A DNA stretch of 64,000 bases from Felis catus (Eukaryota), in NCBI RefSeq assembly GCF_018350175.1, contig NC_058382.1:51090001-51154000 (forward strand). The letters run 5' to 3'. The notes beneath the pieces were generated by a model, which was not told the origin of the DNA, did no database searches, and saw only the letters and a program-made list of their open reading frames with translations. Within the stretch, counting starts at the first letter, position 1, and each line of letters begins with the position of its first letter. Below are positions 63,949 through 64,000 of this stretch, one piece after another. The translations under genes were made by a program, and so were the position numbers.

Positions 63949-64000
63949 CACAAATGCATTTTAGAGAAACCACCTGGCAGCCTACTGAGGGATGAGTGAG

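Overview
Eukaryotic, non-coding, repeat-dense mammalian DNA from a carnivoran, almost certainly a felid. The evidence is about 19 tRNA-derived Can-SINEs of the SINEC_Fc type and carnivore-type LINE-1. I can support no intact host protein-coding gene, RNA gene or CRISPR array. The window is dominated by two full-length, decayed, same-orientation LINE-1 elements (~25183-32178 and ~36886-43876). Each has a recognisable 5'UTR, ORF1, ORF2 (endonuclease/reverse transcriptase), 3'UTR and target-site duplication (TSD), and each is interrupted by a SINE. The rest is older L1M/HAL1/L2/MIR fragments, solo LTRs (ERV1-like, ERVL MLT2/LTR16/LTR33-like, MaLR MLT1), hAT/Tigger DNA-transposon relics and microsatellites. 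Repeat subfamily names come from recalled consensus sequences and need RepeatMasker/Dfam confirmation. I did not find a convincing new biological system. The best leads are: a probable short 3' transduction at the end of the first L1; a long antisense ORF in its 5'UTR; two SINEs inserted successively at one target site; a diverged ~110-bp duplication carrying splice-donor motifs; candidate minus-strand exons; and several repeat-free blocks that look like enhancers.
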